Shown here: positions 39,784 through 53,616 of the stretch, piece by piece | How the letters are laid out: every line of letters begins with the position of its first letter | How positions within the stretch are numbered: the first letter of the stretch is position 1 | Assembly: GCA_951406725.2 (NCBI GenBank) | Contig: OX597819.1 | Location: 75,950,001-76,014,000, forward strand | DNA: 64,000 nucleotides | DNA from: Octopus vulgaris | Lineage: Eukaryota | Reading direction: 5' to 3' | Program-made: the position numbers and the translations under genes | Notes under the pieces: generated by a model | The model's input: the letters and a program-made list of their open reading frames with translations, nothing else | What the model was told of the DNA's origin: nothing | The model's database searches: none

Positions 39784-39787
<4 letters not shown>
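39578..39787 (-). mobile_element. Short HHR-bearing element in (TA)n
   Basis: Contains the HHR at 39710-39754; TA tracts on both sides. Confidence 0.65.
39710..39754 (-). ncRNA. Minimal type I hammerhead ribozyme (C4 variant or decayed)
   Basis: TGAAC-CCGAAGA-T-TGCA GAATTCAA TGCA-T-GAA-AGTACT-A-GTTCA on minus strand. Confidence 0.65.
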
Positions 39788-39835
<48 letters not shown>

Positions 39836-39922
39836 GTTTCCATATATATATCCATACATATATCCATACATATACGCATACATAAAAATATATGTATGCA
39901 TATGTATATGTATGTATATATG

Positions 39923-39975
<53 letters not shown>

Positions 39976-41080
39976 GATATATAATTTCTGTGTGTATTGA
40001 AATTGAATATTCCAGTATCGTTCTTGCCGAATGTTTGACATTAGTTTGCAATTTGAGGAATCTTTATGTGCCACGCCTTGTAGGATGAGCGCCTGCGCAG
40101 AGGACTTCCAACTTTAGTACGAAATAAACTGTGTAGTGTATCCCCAGATCATCACTCTTAGTTGAACATATCAATGTTCAGTTCCATTCACATTTTCTAC
40201 TAGAAATCATATTGTTTGATACTGCCTTCGTTAAATTACGACATTAATCTATAATAGTTTTGACTGAGCACCTACAGAAAGATCAGGTGTCATAGTGTTC
40301 CCTTACATTAATGAATCGGGTGTATTATGAACACACATTCTTCTGAAAGGAGACTTTGTTGAGGAAAGACAGAAACAGTTAGCACATTTCCGTTCGAAAT
40401 TGACGGAACATATTAAGAATGAGTAAGTATGTCATCTATATGTTAGCCGTTGTCCACCGTGCACATGAAGATTTAAGTTAATAAATATCAGCGCACATTA
40501 GCAAATAATTTGTTTGCTGAATTTATAAATAAGACTCACAAACGCTTTTTAGCTTCATGAACTTCTAGTAGTTTTGGCTAAAGAGACACACCGATATCGA
40601 AACAGCGGGTATCCGAACGTCCTCTTGCGCTAATGAATCAAGTGTACTATGATCTCACATTCGCCAGAAAGAAATTGTTCTCCGATAACAACATACCACA
40701 AATATTAGCATATTGCAGTTCGTATCTACCGAAACGTATTAAGAATAAAAATGCATGTTGCCGTTTTGATTCTCGCTGTTCAGAGACCTCACTCACGCGC
40801 GAATTTTTCACTCACTACCTAGCTACCTAATTCTCTTTGTCTTTATATATACGCATTCGATTACACACATAGGTACACATATAATTGCTTGGGTGCACAT
40901 ACATTCTTCACTTATGCTTACGCCTTCCCCCTATCTTTCTTAATATATATATATCGCAATGTGTATGTATGTGAATGTATGTATGCATGCATTTATGTAT
41001 GGATGTTTGTATGTATGTACATATGTATGTATTATGAATGCATGCATGTATGTATGTTTGCATATATGTCTGTCTGTCTG

Positions 41081-41120
<40 letters not shown>

Positions 41121-41141
41121 ATCTTCTATCTATTATCTATC

Positions 41142-41194
<53 letters not shown>

Positions 41195-41198
<4 letters not shown>

Positions 41199-41730
41199 CA
41201 TAAGGGACTAAAGCCATCTGAATATGGCTAGGGACAGGGCAGGGTGGTGGGGGTGTTACTGTTGCATTTAGCCCCAGGCGAACATCAACGTCGCCAGATA
41301 GGCTTGACACCATCACGGCGTCCTTTATCCTGCAAAGGGAGATAATTCCCCGATGAAGCGGAAACCACACACGGACCTAGGTTTCAAGGTGTATTGCCTA
41401 TCATCAACGTGTGGTAGGCCCCCGCTTCCTCGACGAAAAACTCACTCTGCAGGATATTTATATATACCACACGTTGATGATAGGCAATACACCTTGAAAC
41501 CTAGGTCCGTGTGTGGTTTCCGCTTCATCGGGGAATTATCTCCCTTTGCAGGATAAAGGACGCCGTGATGGTGTCAAGCCTATCTGGCGACGTTGATGTT
41601 CGCCTGGGGCTAAATGCAACAGTAACACCCCCACCACCCTGCCCTGTCCCTAGCCATATTCAGATGGCTTTAGTCCCTTATGTTATGGAGCAGTTACTGT
41701 CTATATCTCATTTAGAGAATTATTATTATT
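41195..41730 (+). mobile_element. Young Penelope-like pLTR / retrozyme-type element with ~222-bp inverted arms
   Basis: 41195-41416 is the reverse complement of 41465-41686 (identical peptides on both strands in the ORF track); 48-bp spacer; microsatellite flanks. Confidence 0.88.
41468..41513 (+). ncRNA. Minimal type I hammerhead ribozyme (U3 variant)
   Basis: CACACG-TTGATGA-T-AGG CAATACA CCT-T-GAA-ACCTAGGT-C-CGTGTG; stem I 6 bp; palindromic stem III; GUC site at 41507. Confidence 0.78.
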
Positions 41731-43120
41731 ATATATATATGTATATATATATATATACATATGCAGCCGCCAGTATAGTTCGTTAACGGCAAATCAGACA
41801 AGCATAATGTATATTGGCAAGCGATGTTCTTCAGTTAATATATTTATACATATTCAATGTTGTATATACGTTCTTTTATGAATTGCTCTAACTTTACAAT
41901 GAATAGCAATTTGCGTGTTTATATGTGAGTCTGTAAACGTACCATACTTCTGTAAGTGTATGTTAGGTGCATGTATGTATATGTGAGCAGTAACCTTTAA
42001 AGTATATATCCGTAAATGCTTTGAAAGAAAACTCGGTTAAAAGGATGTCTAATTGGAAAGAAAAGTATTCACAAGAAGCAAGAAAGAAAAAAAACCCACC
42101 TAAAATAATAATACTAATAATAACAATATTTCTAACAATAGTAATTGCACATATGTAGTAAATAATAACAAAATGTATCACAATGCTACGAAAATAAAAA
42201 TGTTTGTTATATCTGTTTGTTATCGATCTGGGTCATATTTTCTGAAAGTCAAAACATTTGTCCAGGACTCCTGGTATCTAAACTGTATTTTTTTTTATGT
42301 CTCTGAGGTAGTAGCTTCTATGTTGTTTAGTGTCTGTATAATGGGTATTTTTACTGGTGTGGTTGTTTTACTGGAACGAACACAATATATTCTCAAAACA
42401 ATGGCTATTACATCGAAAATTTTCTGTTTTATTAATAATAATGATAAAAAAAATCATTGTACTGTAAATAAGTAAATTTGTATGTTTGGTTTTTCATAAC
42501 AGACATTTTCACATAAAATTTAGGAAATTTCTGGCTGGAAATAATATTGAAAATAATATATAATTCTATTTTTATTTCAACGGATATTATTTCATAATGT
42601 CTGATATATTTTATTTCTTCTGATATCTAATCCATTACATCGAATAAAACTGTGCCAGCGTTCATATACAGAGAAATTATTATTTCCCAGTACGCTTACA
42701 ATAGTAGCTCCAGTGGGACAATCAGAGATCAAACTTAAATAAGTCTTTGAACCACGTCACTTTTAAACTCTTAGATGATGTTCACATTATAGATTTTCCC
42801 CTGGAGCTCTTTATTTTGGAGAAATCGATCGTCGTAATGGAGAAGGGACTTTTGATCGTTTTCTTCAGGGAATGTTTAATAATAGCGTACTGAATTAAAT
42901 CACGAAAGTTAATCGAATTTGGAATTAAGAAATTGGTGGAGAAGTGTATATAGGTGGAAGAAGAAGAAAATGGAAAGGGAGGGGGTAGTGAGTGACAATG
43001 AGTGGGAGTGCAGGGGAGTATTGAGTGAGAGATAGGAAGAATGTGAGAGAAATGAGAATCTATAAAAATCTCTGTTGGTAGAATTTACGCTTTCAGATGG
43101 TCCCTATATATGTTATTTTC

Positions 43121-43462
43121 GGCGTGGCTGTGTGGTAAGAAGTTTACTTCCCGACAGCGTGGTTCAGGCTTCCTTCCCATTGCGTAGCACCTTGTCAATG
43201 AATTTGGTAGAGGAGAACTGAAAGAAGCCCATGGTCTATATCTATCTATGTGCGTGTCTTTGTGTCTGTTTGTTCCTCACTACCGCTTCACAACCGGTGT
43301 TGGTGTTTTTACGACCCTGTAACATAGTGGTTCGGAGAAAGAAGCCGATGGAATAAATACCAGGCTTTAAAAAAGAGTATTGGTGTCGATTCAGTTGACT
43401 AAAATTCTTTAATACGGTGCTCCAGAATGGCCGCAGTCTAATGGCCGAAACATGAAAAAGAT
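43121..43462 (+). mobile_element. SINE family A (diverged)
   Basis: GGCGTGGCTGTGTGGTAAG...AACTGAAAGAAGCCC...CGGTGCTCCAG.ATGGCCGCAGTC. Confidence 0.85.
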
Positions 43463-43796
43463 GAAAAATATTTATGTATTTTAGATGGTGAGAAAAAAGC
43501 AGACAGAAGGAAAGAGAAGAAGTAGACATGAGTGGAGGAATAGAGAAGAGAGAAGGAGAGACTGAGAGAGTTAAAGAGACGTTGATACGTTTCAAAAGAG
43601 TACAACTTACGTGAATGAAGAAAATTAATTTCAACCGCGAACGAATCAAAATCAGTATATCATGTAATGTCAAAATCGATTACGACTCATCGTGGATGTT
43701 CTATGTAGTCGTTTCGCTATTTGAAATAGCAGCAGAATTGGCCCTCATAGCACACCCTGCAGTCTTAAAAAGAGTTAAAGAACACATTGGATAATT

Positions 43797-44106
43797 GTTG
43801 TTCATTGTTTGTTCCTTCTTGAGCCATGCCTGGTTCATAAGGGCCGGTTTCCTGGTTCCCTTGGCGTATAGGTTCCCCACCTGGACGGGACGCCTGTCCG
43901 TCGCAGGTGAGCTGCAAGATGCAGAAGGAAAGAGTGAGAGAATGTTGTGGCAAAAGAATCAGTAGAAGTTCGCCATTACCTTCTGCCGGAGCCGCGTAGA
44001 GCTTAGGGGTTTCGCTCATAAACGCACACATCGCACGGTCTGCGATTCGAACCCGCGATCCCTCGACCGCGAGTCCGTTGCTCTAACCACTAGGACATGT
44101 GCCTCC
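43797..44106 (-). mobile_element. SINE family D, full length with 15-bp TSD
   Basis: TSD ACACATTGGATAATT at 43782-43796 and 44107-44121; tRNA head TAGTGGTTAGAGC..GGTTCGAATCGC. Confidence 0.92.
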
Positions 44107-44346
44107 ACACATTGGATAATTAAGTAGTCCTAAGCGCATTAAAGCCGAAAAAAAAAAGAAAAAGCAGAATAAAATAATAATAGTGATTGGGATTACTTTA
44201 ATCATAATTTTGCTGAAATAGGTCTGAACTGGCTAAGAAATAACGACAATGATAACAGCAATAATGCTATATTAATAACAACTCAACTAACAAACATCTA
44301 CAATAAAAATAACAGCAGGAACGTCAATGAGACAGTGATACCCTCC

Positions 44347-44405
<59 letters not shown>

Positions 44406-44630
44406 GTCTTCCTTCCTTCCTTCTTTCTTTATTTATTTCTATGACCATCCACGCAGCAAGATTGAGCAACTGTTTAATCATTAGTTGCCTTGTTAAGCGA
44501 CAAATAACGAATATTTATGTATTTTAGATGGTGAGAAAAAAACAGTCAGAAGGAGAGAGAAGAAGTAGACATGAGTGGAGGAGTAGAGGAGAGAGAAGGA
44601 GAGACTGAGAGAGTTAATGAGATGTTGATA

Positions 44631-45038
44631 GGCACAGGAGTGGCTGTGTGGTAAGTAGCTTGTTTACCAACCACATGGTTCCGGGTTCAGTCCCACTGCG
44701 TGGCACCTTGGGCAAGTGTCTTCTACTATAGCCTCGGGCCGGTCAAAGCCTTGTGAGTGGATTTGGTAGACGGAAACTGAAAGAAGCCCGTCGTATATAT
44801 GTGCATATATATATGTGCGTGTGTGTTTGTGTGTCTGTGTTTGTCCCATCCAACATCGCTTGACAACCGATGCTGGTGTGTTTATGTCCCCGTCACTTAG
44901 CGGTTCGGCAAAATACACCGATAGAATAAGTACTGGGCTTACAAAGAATAAGTTCCGGGGCCGAGTTGCTCGATTAAAGGCGGTCCTCCAGCATGGCCGC
45001 AGTCAAATGAGTGAAACAAGTAAAAGAGTAAAAGAGTA
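44631..45038 (+). mobile_element. SINE family A (full length)
   Basis: A and B boxes, body and (GTAAAAGA)n tail; reverse complement of 3006-3431. Confidence 0.92.
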
Positions 45039-45093
45039 TTTATTTACCAAAGAGTGTTGAGCACACATTCTCACTTTTCGATATTGACATCTG

Positions 45094-45182
<89 letters not shown>

Positions 45183-45227
45183 TCATCCATCCATCCATCC
45201 ATCCATCCATCCATCTATCTATCTATC

Positions 45228-45269
<42 letters not shown>

Positions 45270-45689
45270 AACACATATATACACGATTACATATATATAT
45301 ATGTATATATACAACACCCCAACACCACATATATATCAAAAACAGATAATGAACAAACAAAACGTTGTAACATGTATTATTTTGAGCATTTAATTTATAA
45401 GTCTAATTTAAACATAATTCGAACATAGTGCAGACTAGTTATTAAGAATACACAAGGTCTCTTACAGTTGTGTCTAGATAGCTAAGCATAGGGACCATAT
45501 GCTATTGAGTAGAGATTTCCACATAAGCTAACTATACCGTCATCGGTGAGAGGGAAATAAAGAGTATTCCTAATGAAGGACAGTAGCAGTTATGTATGTA
45601 TGTATGTATGTATGTATGTATGTATGTATGTATGTATGTATGTATGTATGTATGTATGTATGTATGTATGTATGTATGCATATATATAT

Positions 45690-45878
45690 ATCGTTAGCTA
45701 CTACACGCATTTTTTTATCTTGTTTCTCTCCTTGTTTTTTTCTGTGTATCTTTCTGTGGAAGAGCGTAGGCTCGAAACGTAAAAGACGTTTTCTATTCCT
45801 GAGCGCTATACTAATACATTTGTTTGTTTGTACACAACCTGCCTTCGTCTTTTGTTTATTTTCGTAAACTTTCCCTTT
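45690..45878 (+). mobile_element. HHR family C element in microsatellite
   Basis: TCTTT-CTGTGGA-A-GAGC GTAG GCTC-GAA-ACGT-A-AAAGA at 45749-45786. Confidence 0.8.
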
Positions 45879-46089
45879 ATATATATATATATATATATTT
45901 TAAATATTAGAATTGTGCGAGTTATTAGACTGTGTTCATGCTGGGGTACTGCACTAAAGAAATTTAGTAACACGAATCGAGTCAAGTAGTTATTCTTTTA
46001 ATCTTGGTATTTTTATCAGTCTCTGTGGCCTAACCGCTAAATTGCGGGAACATAAAAACACAAACACCGGATGTCAAGCGCTGTGGCGA

Positions 46090-46154
<65 letters not shown>

Positions 46155-46189
46155 TCACACACACACACACTCACACACACACATACCGC

Positions 46190-46227
<38 letters not shown>

Positions 46228-47130
46228 CGCCTACACACACACAAACTTATGCGTATTCCTTTCTATTTTCATTTACTCTTGCTAATTTCAGTATACCTCA
46301 TTATACAGATACCCCTTAAAAAACTTTGTACACGTTCCACCATTACAAACATCGATGTGTCTTTCAGCTATCTCTTTCGCTTATCTAAGTAGATCTCCTA
46401 GGATGGAATGTTTTTTCCCCCAATATATTCAGTATTAGACAAAGACATATTATTTTAACATTTTCTACAAATTCTCTAATTCTTGAATCGTTCATTCGGC
46501 AAATAGGATCAAGTCAACTCTCCTGTGATGCAGTCATGATAAGTCTAAACTTCTACGGAGTTATATCCCGTACTAGTTGAAATAATTCAAATAATATAAG
46601 TCTCTGTCTAATATTATTTACTCCTCATTACGTAATTGCGTCTGCTAATTATCATTTTTGTTATCTGCTTTAATTCAGTTTAACTCTAACTTAATTATAG
46701 ATGTCTCAGTTACTTGTGGACGTAAATATGTTATTTATTTTCAGCAAACTACTTTGTACAACCACTGAAACATCATTGATTAAAAATGATAAGTGATGAA
46801 AGAGTGAATATCATGTACAGGAAATAGATGCAAACTCGGAATTACTGTTACGTTAGTACAAATGTGTATTGCCAAATGGCAAATTGTAGTAATGGATACA
46901 AACTAAGGTTTTTGTGTAAAATTACTAATGGCTTTGCGCCTCTGGTTCTTACAAAGTTAAATGAGAACAAAAAAAAAAAAAAATAAAGAACCAAAATCTT
47001 CAAATTTTACAAATTGGAGCATCTTTCTAATAATCTTTAGTCAGATTCAGCTGTACATCGTTAACCAGCTAGAGATGTAGAGACCGCTCGAACAAACAAC
47101 AACATGTTAAAGTGGCATGTTAAAGTGGCT

Positions 47131-47205
<75 letters not shown>

Positions 47206-47223
47206 CATACACAGACATATATG

Positions 47224-47264
<41 letters not shown>

Positions 47265-50200
47265 GTATATACATATTTATAAACGCATATATATGTGTAT
47301 ACATATGTATATGTGTGTGTGTGTGTTTGAATATATGTATATAGATATAAAAAAATAACGAAGATATCCGATTTTATTAGCGACACTAAATCATGGGACA
47401 CGATTGATAAAATGAGTTTCTCTTACCATTTGATCGATCAGAATTATATCAACTAAGATAAAACAGCAGGCTGAAGTCTGTACAGAAAGGGGTTACTGTA
47501 ACTTGTTTGACATAGGCAAATGTATCAAACCAGGATAGCATCCTGTTGATATGTTCATACTATGTTTATGGAGGAATAGAGGTCAGAATAGCTATGGAAT
47601 TCTAGGTCGACAATTATGAGGCGGTTAATAGAAAATGCAGCTGATACCGTCCGCTGTTACCAACAAGCACTGAAGTACAAGCTGTGAATAAAATACGGCA
47701 GAAAAATAGCTGGCCTCTGCCTACTAGTAATTTGAATTTAATTGAATGCCCAGTGACTCGACTTCACGGTCAGGGGATCAAGCCGGTTGAAAAGGTAAAT
47801 TGGTAGGTGTCTGCATCTGTAGCGACTACCGTAAGAAACAGGAAATCCGCTGCAGGTTACGTACAGGTTATTCAGTAATGGTTGACCTGAGCAACGTGTT
47901 GAAAGGTCACAAAGTGCGGAGAGTGTATCTTGTAATACAAGCACGCACGTGGTGAAGTTATTGATATTTTCAGAAACATTGGATAATCTGGTTCCAGACA
48001 CACACTACGTCAAAAAGACCAGTTGATGTTGGCTGGAACGTCGTTAATGATTGGTATGCCGATTTGGTCATTGCAAGGGTTAAGCAAAATTAACAGATTC
48101 AACGACTGAGTCTCAAACATGATTCCGCCTTCCTAATTGCAAGAAATAGCACCGAAGTCTTCCTCATGACAAATTTTACAACGTTAGAATGAGAATAAAT
48201 CGAATAATGTCCAGAATGCTCAGTATTTGATTGAAAGGGATGGTCATAACCGAAATGTCTTTGAACAGATCTATTCGATCAGGCCCGACCTAGGGTAAAT
48301 CAACGGCAACAACAACAATAGTAACAACTACCATCTTTACCGTCATGGAGTGAAATCACTTTTCACTTTGTTTAATTAGCAAGATGTTCAGATTGATAAA
48401 AATAATTATTTAATTCAGTGATAAGCTTGAAAATATTACATTCTTTGATGTCGTAGTTGATTCGAATCTAATGGATATTTTCATGTATTGAAAAAATGAA
48501 TCTACTTTAGTTATGAAAATCAGAGAGATATAGAGATAAAATAGATAGAGAAATAGATAGAGAGAGGTTAAGATAGAAATAGGGTAAGATCGAGATAAAT
48601 TGAAACCATAATAGCAAAACCTCATTTTATATTATAAAAGTCTTTTATTATTCCTTTTCTCATCAACGATGTACTATAAACATAATGATCAAATACGACC
48701 CCCCCCCCCACTATATTTGAAATCAGAAATTAAAGGATCACTACTAAATACTGCAGGTTATTTCATCCGATGCTAACCCTCAAACAGTTATATGAGAGTG
48801 TCATATTTATTGGTGTTTCTTTTGTGAAAGAAACACCGAGAATGACTTCAAATTTGATAGCCTTTGATAATGTTTATTTTCTGGGAATTCCCAACCTAAA
48901 GTAAAATATTTTATATATTTCGGACAAGCAGGAAATTGTGTATAAGTCACCAGGAAAAAAAAAGGTTCGTTTCATTTCTGGGTAAGAAAAACATATTCTT
49001 TGATTTAGGAAGAAAAAGAAGCGGGGTGGGAGATTTCTAACAACGGCGCAAGTCTATGGATTTTGTCGGAGAGTATAGCCGATTTAAGTGTCTAGGGTAA
49101 TGGGGCCCCTGCTCGGGAGTTCCAGGGTTTTGAGGAGTGTGGAACCATCTCTTAGCCATTATTGTTCCTAGAACTGCTCTCATCCGGAGTAGTAGCATCT
49201 CTTAGGGTCACAAGAATGGGTTAAATAACATGTAATCACTCAAGCCAGGGTACGTTGAAATCATGGGATGCAGAATTGTAGATGTGAACAATTTCAGCTT
49301 ATGAACATATTTGGTTACTGACAAATATCACAGAATGCTGAAAGAATGGATATGCAACAAACTAGCAACAGCCAGGTTCAACCAGTTCAGTCAGCGAACT
49401 ACTATTCTTATATGTAGTAGTGGCGTGTGCAGATAAGATGATACAGCTAGCGAAAGACCAATGCGAGCAAACCCAAGCTATACATTCTTGTCGCATCGTT
49501 CGACTGGAATATTTGACGTGGAAGGGTTGCATTCGTCAGAGCAAGTCATCCGACCGGATAATGATAGCCGATTTAATTTATTTATTGTCATCCTAGGAAA
49601 CTTCTGAATCCACTCCGTAAAATTTCCCTTAAATGGGGCTGGAGAGCTTCATTGAATAACAAACAGACTATCATGCTAGAGAATAGAGAAGAAATAAAAC
49701 ATAATAGTCAGATATAGAATGCCTTTGATCTTAGGTCTGTTCGTGATCGGAGGCTAAACGAGATCATTCATAGTAGTATACAATAGTGTAAATTTAATGT
49801 AGCTAACAAAAGAACGTGAATTAATCAGAGTAAGACTGTCAAAAACCCTGCACTAATAGGAAGAGAAATGGGAAATGTGACGATTATACTTATTGATTGG
49901 TCCACTGTATTCCAACCACTACCACACCCTCTTAATATAGGGACCAGAATGTGATTAAAATGCGAGCTTCTTTTCTGAAAGAAATGTATGGTTTTATGAG
50001 AATTTCCCTGCTATTTCTAGCATATACTGGCTTTCTCGATGTCTTATGATAATTGTACCGCTCCATTAATATACTGACAGTGAATGTCAAATGACATTAC
50101 CTGAAGCAGGGTAACACATCAGACATGACCATCTATGATTGCCAGCTATTTATAGTTTTCTCTATAATGTTCGAAACATAAACTACTTGTGTTGTGAGAT

Positions 50201-50342
50201 AGGAAGAATTAGTCGAGCATCGGACAACAAACTTTGCGATACTTGATATCGTTGTTGAACTTTCAGTTAAAATCCTGCCGAAGCCAATTTTCACTTTCAT
50301 TTCCTCAGAGTCGGTAAAACAACGTACCAGACAAGTATCGAA

Positions 50343-50573
50343 GTTGGCGAGCTGGCAGAAACGTTAGCATGCCGGGTGAAATGCTTAGCGGTATTTCGTC
50401 TGACGTTACGTTCTGAGTTCAAATTCAGCCGAGGTCGACTTTGCATTTCATCCTTTCGGGGTCGATAAATTAAGTACCAGTTACGCACTGGGATCGATGT
50501 AATCGACTTAATCCCTTTGTCTGTCTTTGTTTGTCTCCTCTATGTTTAGCCCCTTGTGGTTAATAAAGAAATA
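50343..50573 (+). mobile_element. SINE family B, nested in an older SINE remnant
   Basis: Matches 20604-20835; AAGTATCGA on both sides. Confidence 0.9.
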
Positions 50574-51979
50574 AGTATCGACTAACACTCCTACCCATAT
50601 CTCAGACTATGTACTTATGTTAGTAACGAATGTTGTTCTTGTTATTGTTGTTTACTATTTCTTGTTACTTATCTGACATTAGCTTTGATTAAACAGGCCT
50701 ATTATCAAAGGCGTTCTAGTCATGACATTTCCCCTCTGCTTTGTTTATATTCAGCTTTGTTATTCTATGTGTTCAGATATATCTTGCATTTGACTGTTGG
50801 GTTACGTCCATGCAGGAACGATTGAGATATATTTGGTTACTTTTATATCTGCATGACTGTCTATGTTTACCTTGTTATTTAGCTGCATGTCCCTTGTTAT
50901 GGCCAACAGGACTGATGAAAATAGTTACGCTCAAAGCAGAGACTCGGCTCAAATGATTGCAGTAGAGAGTACTTCACTAAGAAGTCTGCTGGAGGTGTTA
51001 AATCGGTACTATATAATTGCAGAATACACCTTTTAACTACACAGCTAAGTCTATTCTACATTACTCGATGCGAGAATATGTGTATTGTCTTGTGTTTATA
51101 GAGGAAATCTATTTTGCACTGATTTTTCTTTTACAGAAATGAAGCAGTATAGATAAGCTATTGATTTACTTTGACCAAACTGAGAGCCAAATTGTGCTGG
51201 GCAAGAATTCAGAATTGAAATTTCTTGAAATAGATTGTCAGTCATGAAATATTCTCAAAACTTTTACACTTTCAATGCCTGGGTTACTCCAATGTTCTTT
51301 ATTTATAACTAGGTGGACTAAGCGTCTGCCATTTCAGTAAGCTGGCCAATATCGTAATATTTCAGTTGTTCAAAACCAGCACAATATAACAATAGAATAT
51401 TTTACTAAGCCTCGAATCTTGACTTTGTTGTAAATCAATTGAAACACCGTTAATCTGCTGATTAGAAATACAGCCATGAAATTATTTTAATCCATTTTCT
51501 GTTTGTGAAAATGAATCATTGAATATCCTTAAAAATGTTTTATTTTCATTCAGTATTTTTCACTCAATATTAAGTGATACTGGGATTTGCTGAAAATTTG
51601 AAAACATTTCTGCAAAAAGCAGCTTTCCATATCATTCTCAACTGCTAAAACCTGGATTTCTTTTCGTTTATATCAGTTTCCACAGTACGACAATGCGTAT
51701 TACATGCTGCTTGAGTTATAAAGTTGAAACAAATAATTTCTGTGGAGTTTACATAGAAATTATTTTATTCATTTTCTCATATATAATTTCTTCATATAAT
51801 ACAAGCTTTACAGTACTTTAAAAGCAAACATCTACGTCACACCCAGAGCAAACAAGTGCTACATACAAACATTACAGAATTGTCATTAACATGCAGTAAC
51901 ATATTCTTTTCAGACAAACAAAATATGTATTATGTTCTAGCACTGAAAATCATATTTAATGAAAGTGTATATTTTATCT

Positions 51980-52484
51980 TTTCTTTTACTTGCTTCATTC
52001 ATTGGACTGCAGCCATGCTGGGGCATCATCTTGAAGGGTATTAGTCCAAAAAATCGACAACAGTATTTATTTTTAAATCTGGAAATTATTCTGTTGGTGT
52101 TTTTTGCCCAAATGATAGGTTATGGGAACTAAAAAAAACACCACCTATTGATAAGCGGTGTATTTGTGTCAGTTCTCGATCATTGTTTAATCAAACGATG
52201 ATAGGAGACTGATACGAACACAAAAATACATACATGTACACGCATGCACATTCAAACACACACATACACATACACACACACAAACACACACACACACACA
52301 CACACTCACCCCCTCCACACACATGACGGACTTCTTCAAAGTTTCAGCGTACCAAGTTCACTCAGAATGCATTGGTTGGTCTGGGGCTATAGTAGGAGAC
52401 ACTCCCGGTGCCGTGCAGAGGGACTGAACCCTAACCCATTGGTTTCAAAACAAGCTCTTTAATCAGAGAGCCATAACTGTGCCT
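51980..52484 (-). mobile_element. SINE family A (old)
   Basis: GACTGCAGCCATGCTGG tail and GGGACTGAACCC head. Confidence 0.7.
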
Positions 52485-53122
52485 GTAATATAAATTTCCT
52501 AGTTTTGTTTTGCACCTCTTATAAAATGTTTCAAAGTTTATATATCCACTGAAAGTTTATATATCCAACTTGTCATACATAAAATTTATTCGCTAAAAAA
52601 TGATACACATAAAATTCTACAAGATTTCCTATTATTTAAAAATACCCCTTAAAATTATTTCGGCATAAGGAAAATATGTAATATAATAATATTTACTAAA
52701 CTATCATTATTACATGTAATTAAGGAACTCATTAATTATCTTGACTGAGATAAGTATAAGAAGAGCATAAATTATAATGATATTGCTTTTCTTACTGTAC
52801 TCCGATGTTTAGAGCTGATTGAGCACAACAGGAATCAAACAAATTACTGCTATGATCCGTCTGTTTCTTAATGTCGCAGGTAGGCTAGTGTCCTTTTCAT
52901 GAGCACATAATGTGTGTATGAGCGTGCGTATATAGTAGGTTGTTATGTTTGTAATACAGTGACTTAGAAAAAAGTCTAAGATGAAGCTAACAATTTGTGG
53001 ACAAAATGTCACTCAAAGAGTGTTCATATAGAGAAAGCAATGAATAGAGTGAAAAGCAATGAATACATCACCATTTTAAACCTTTTCAAGGAACCATGTT
53101 CACTTACAAAGACTGAAAATGA

Positions 53123-53160
<38 letters not shown>

Positions 53161-53163
<3 letters not shown>

Positions 53164-53545
53164 TACTATTATACCATTCAAACAATGCTAGACATAAACC
53201 AAATCATAAATAAAAAATAAAATATATTTTAAACATATATAATAAGTAAATGCTGCTTAGTTGTAGAGACATGGTATGTTCGATCTTTTTCACGACTCGT
53301 CTTTAAAAACTAGATCTACTCCAATCACGGTTGTATGTATGTCCATCAAGTAATAGACTTTTTGTGATCTAGTTATATGTTTTAAAATATATTTTATTTT
53401 TTATTTATGATTTGGTTTATGTCTATCATTGTTTGAATTGCATAATAGTGGATTTTCTCTAATTTATATATATTACATATTTATATTGTGAAATTTGATT
53501 TAATACTAAATTGAATTTTTCCCTGTAAGTTTGTAGTTATACTCC

Positions 53546-53552
<7 letters not shown>
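53161..53552 (+). mobile_element. Penelope-like pLTR-type element with 5' inversion, in (TA)n
   Basis: 53165-53240 is approximately the reverse complement of 53373-53450; internal part has an inverted homologue at 53845-53960; no intact HHR. Confidence 0.55.

Positions 53553-53616
<64 letters not shown>

Noticed and set aside
44040-44106. tRNA-like sequence
   Set aside because: It is the head of a TSD-flanked SINE, not a tRNA gene; the same applies to the other SINE heads
47560-48000. Possible minus-strand LINE C-terminal remnant
   Set aside because: Too degraded to support any motif
50912-50950. CTGATGA core match
   Set aside because: No stem II-GAAA or stem I follows
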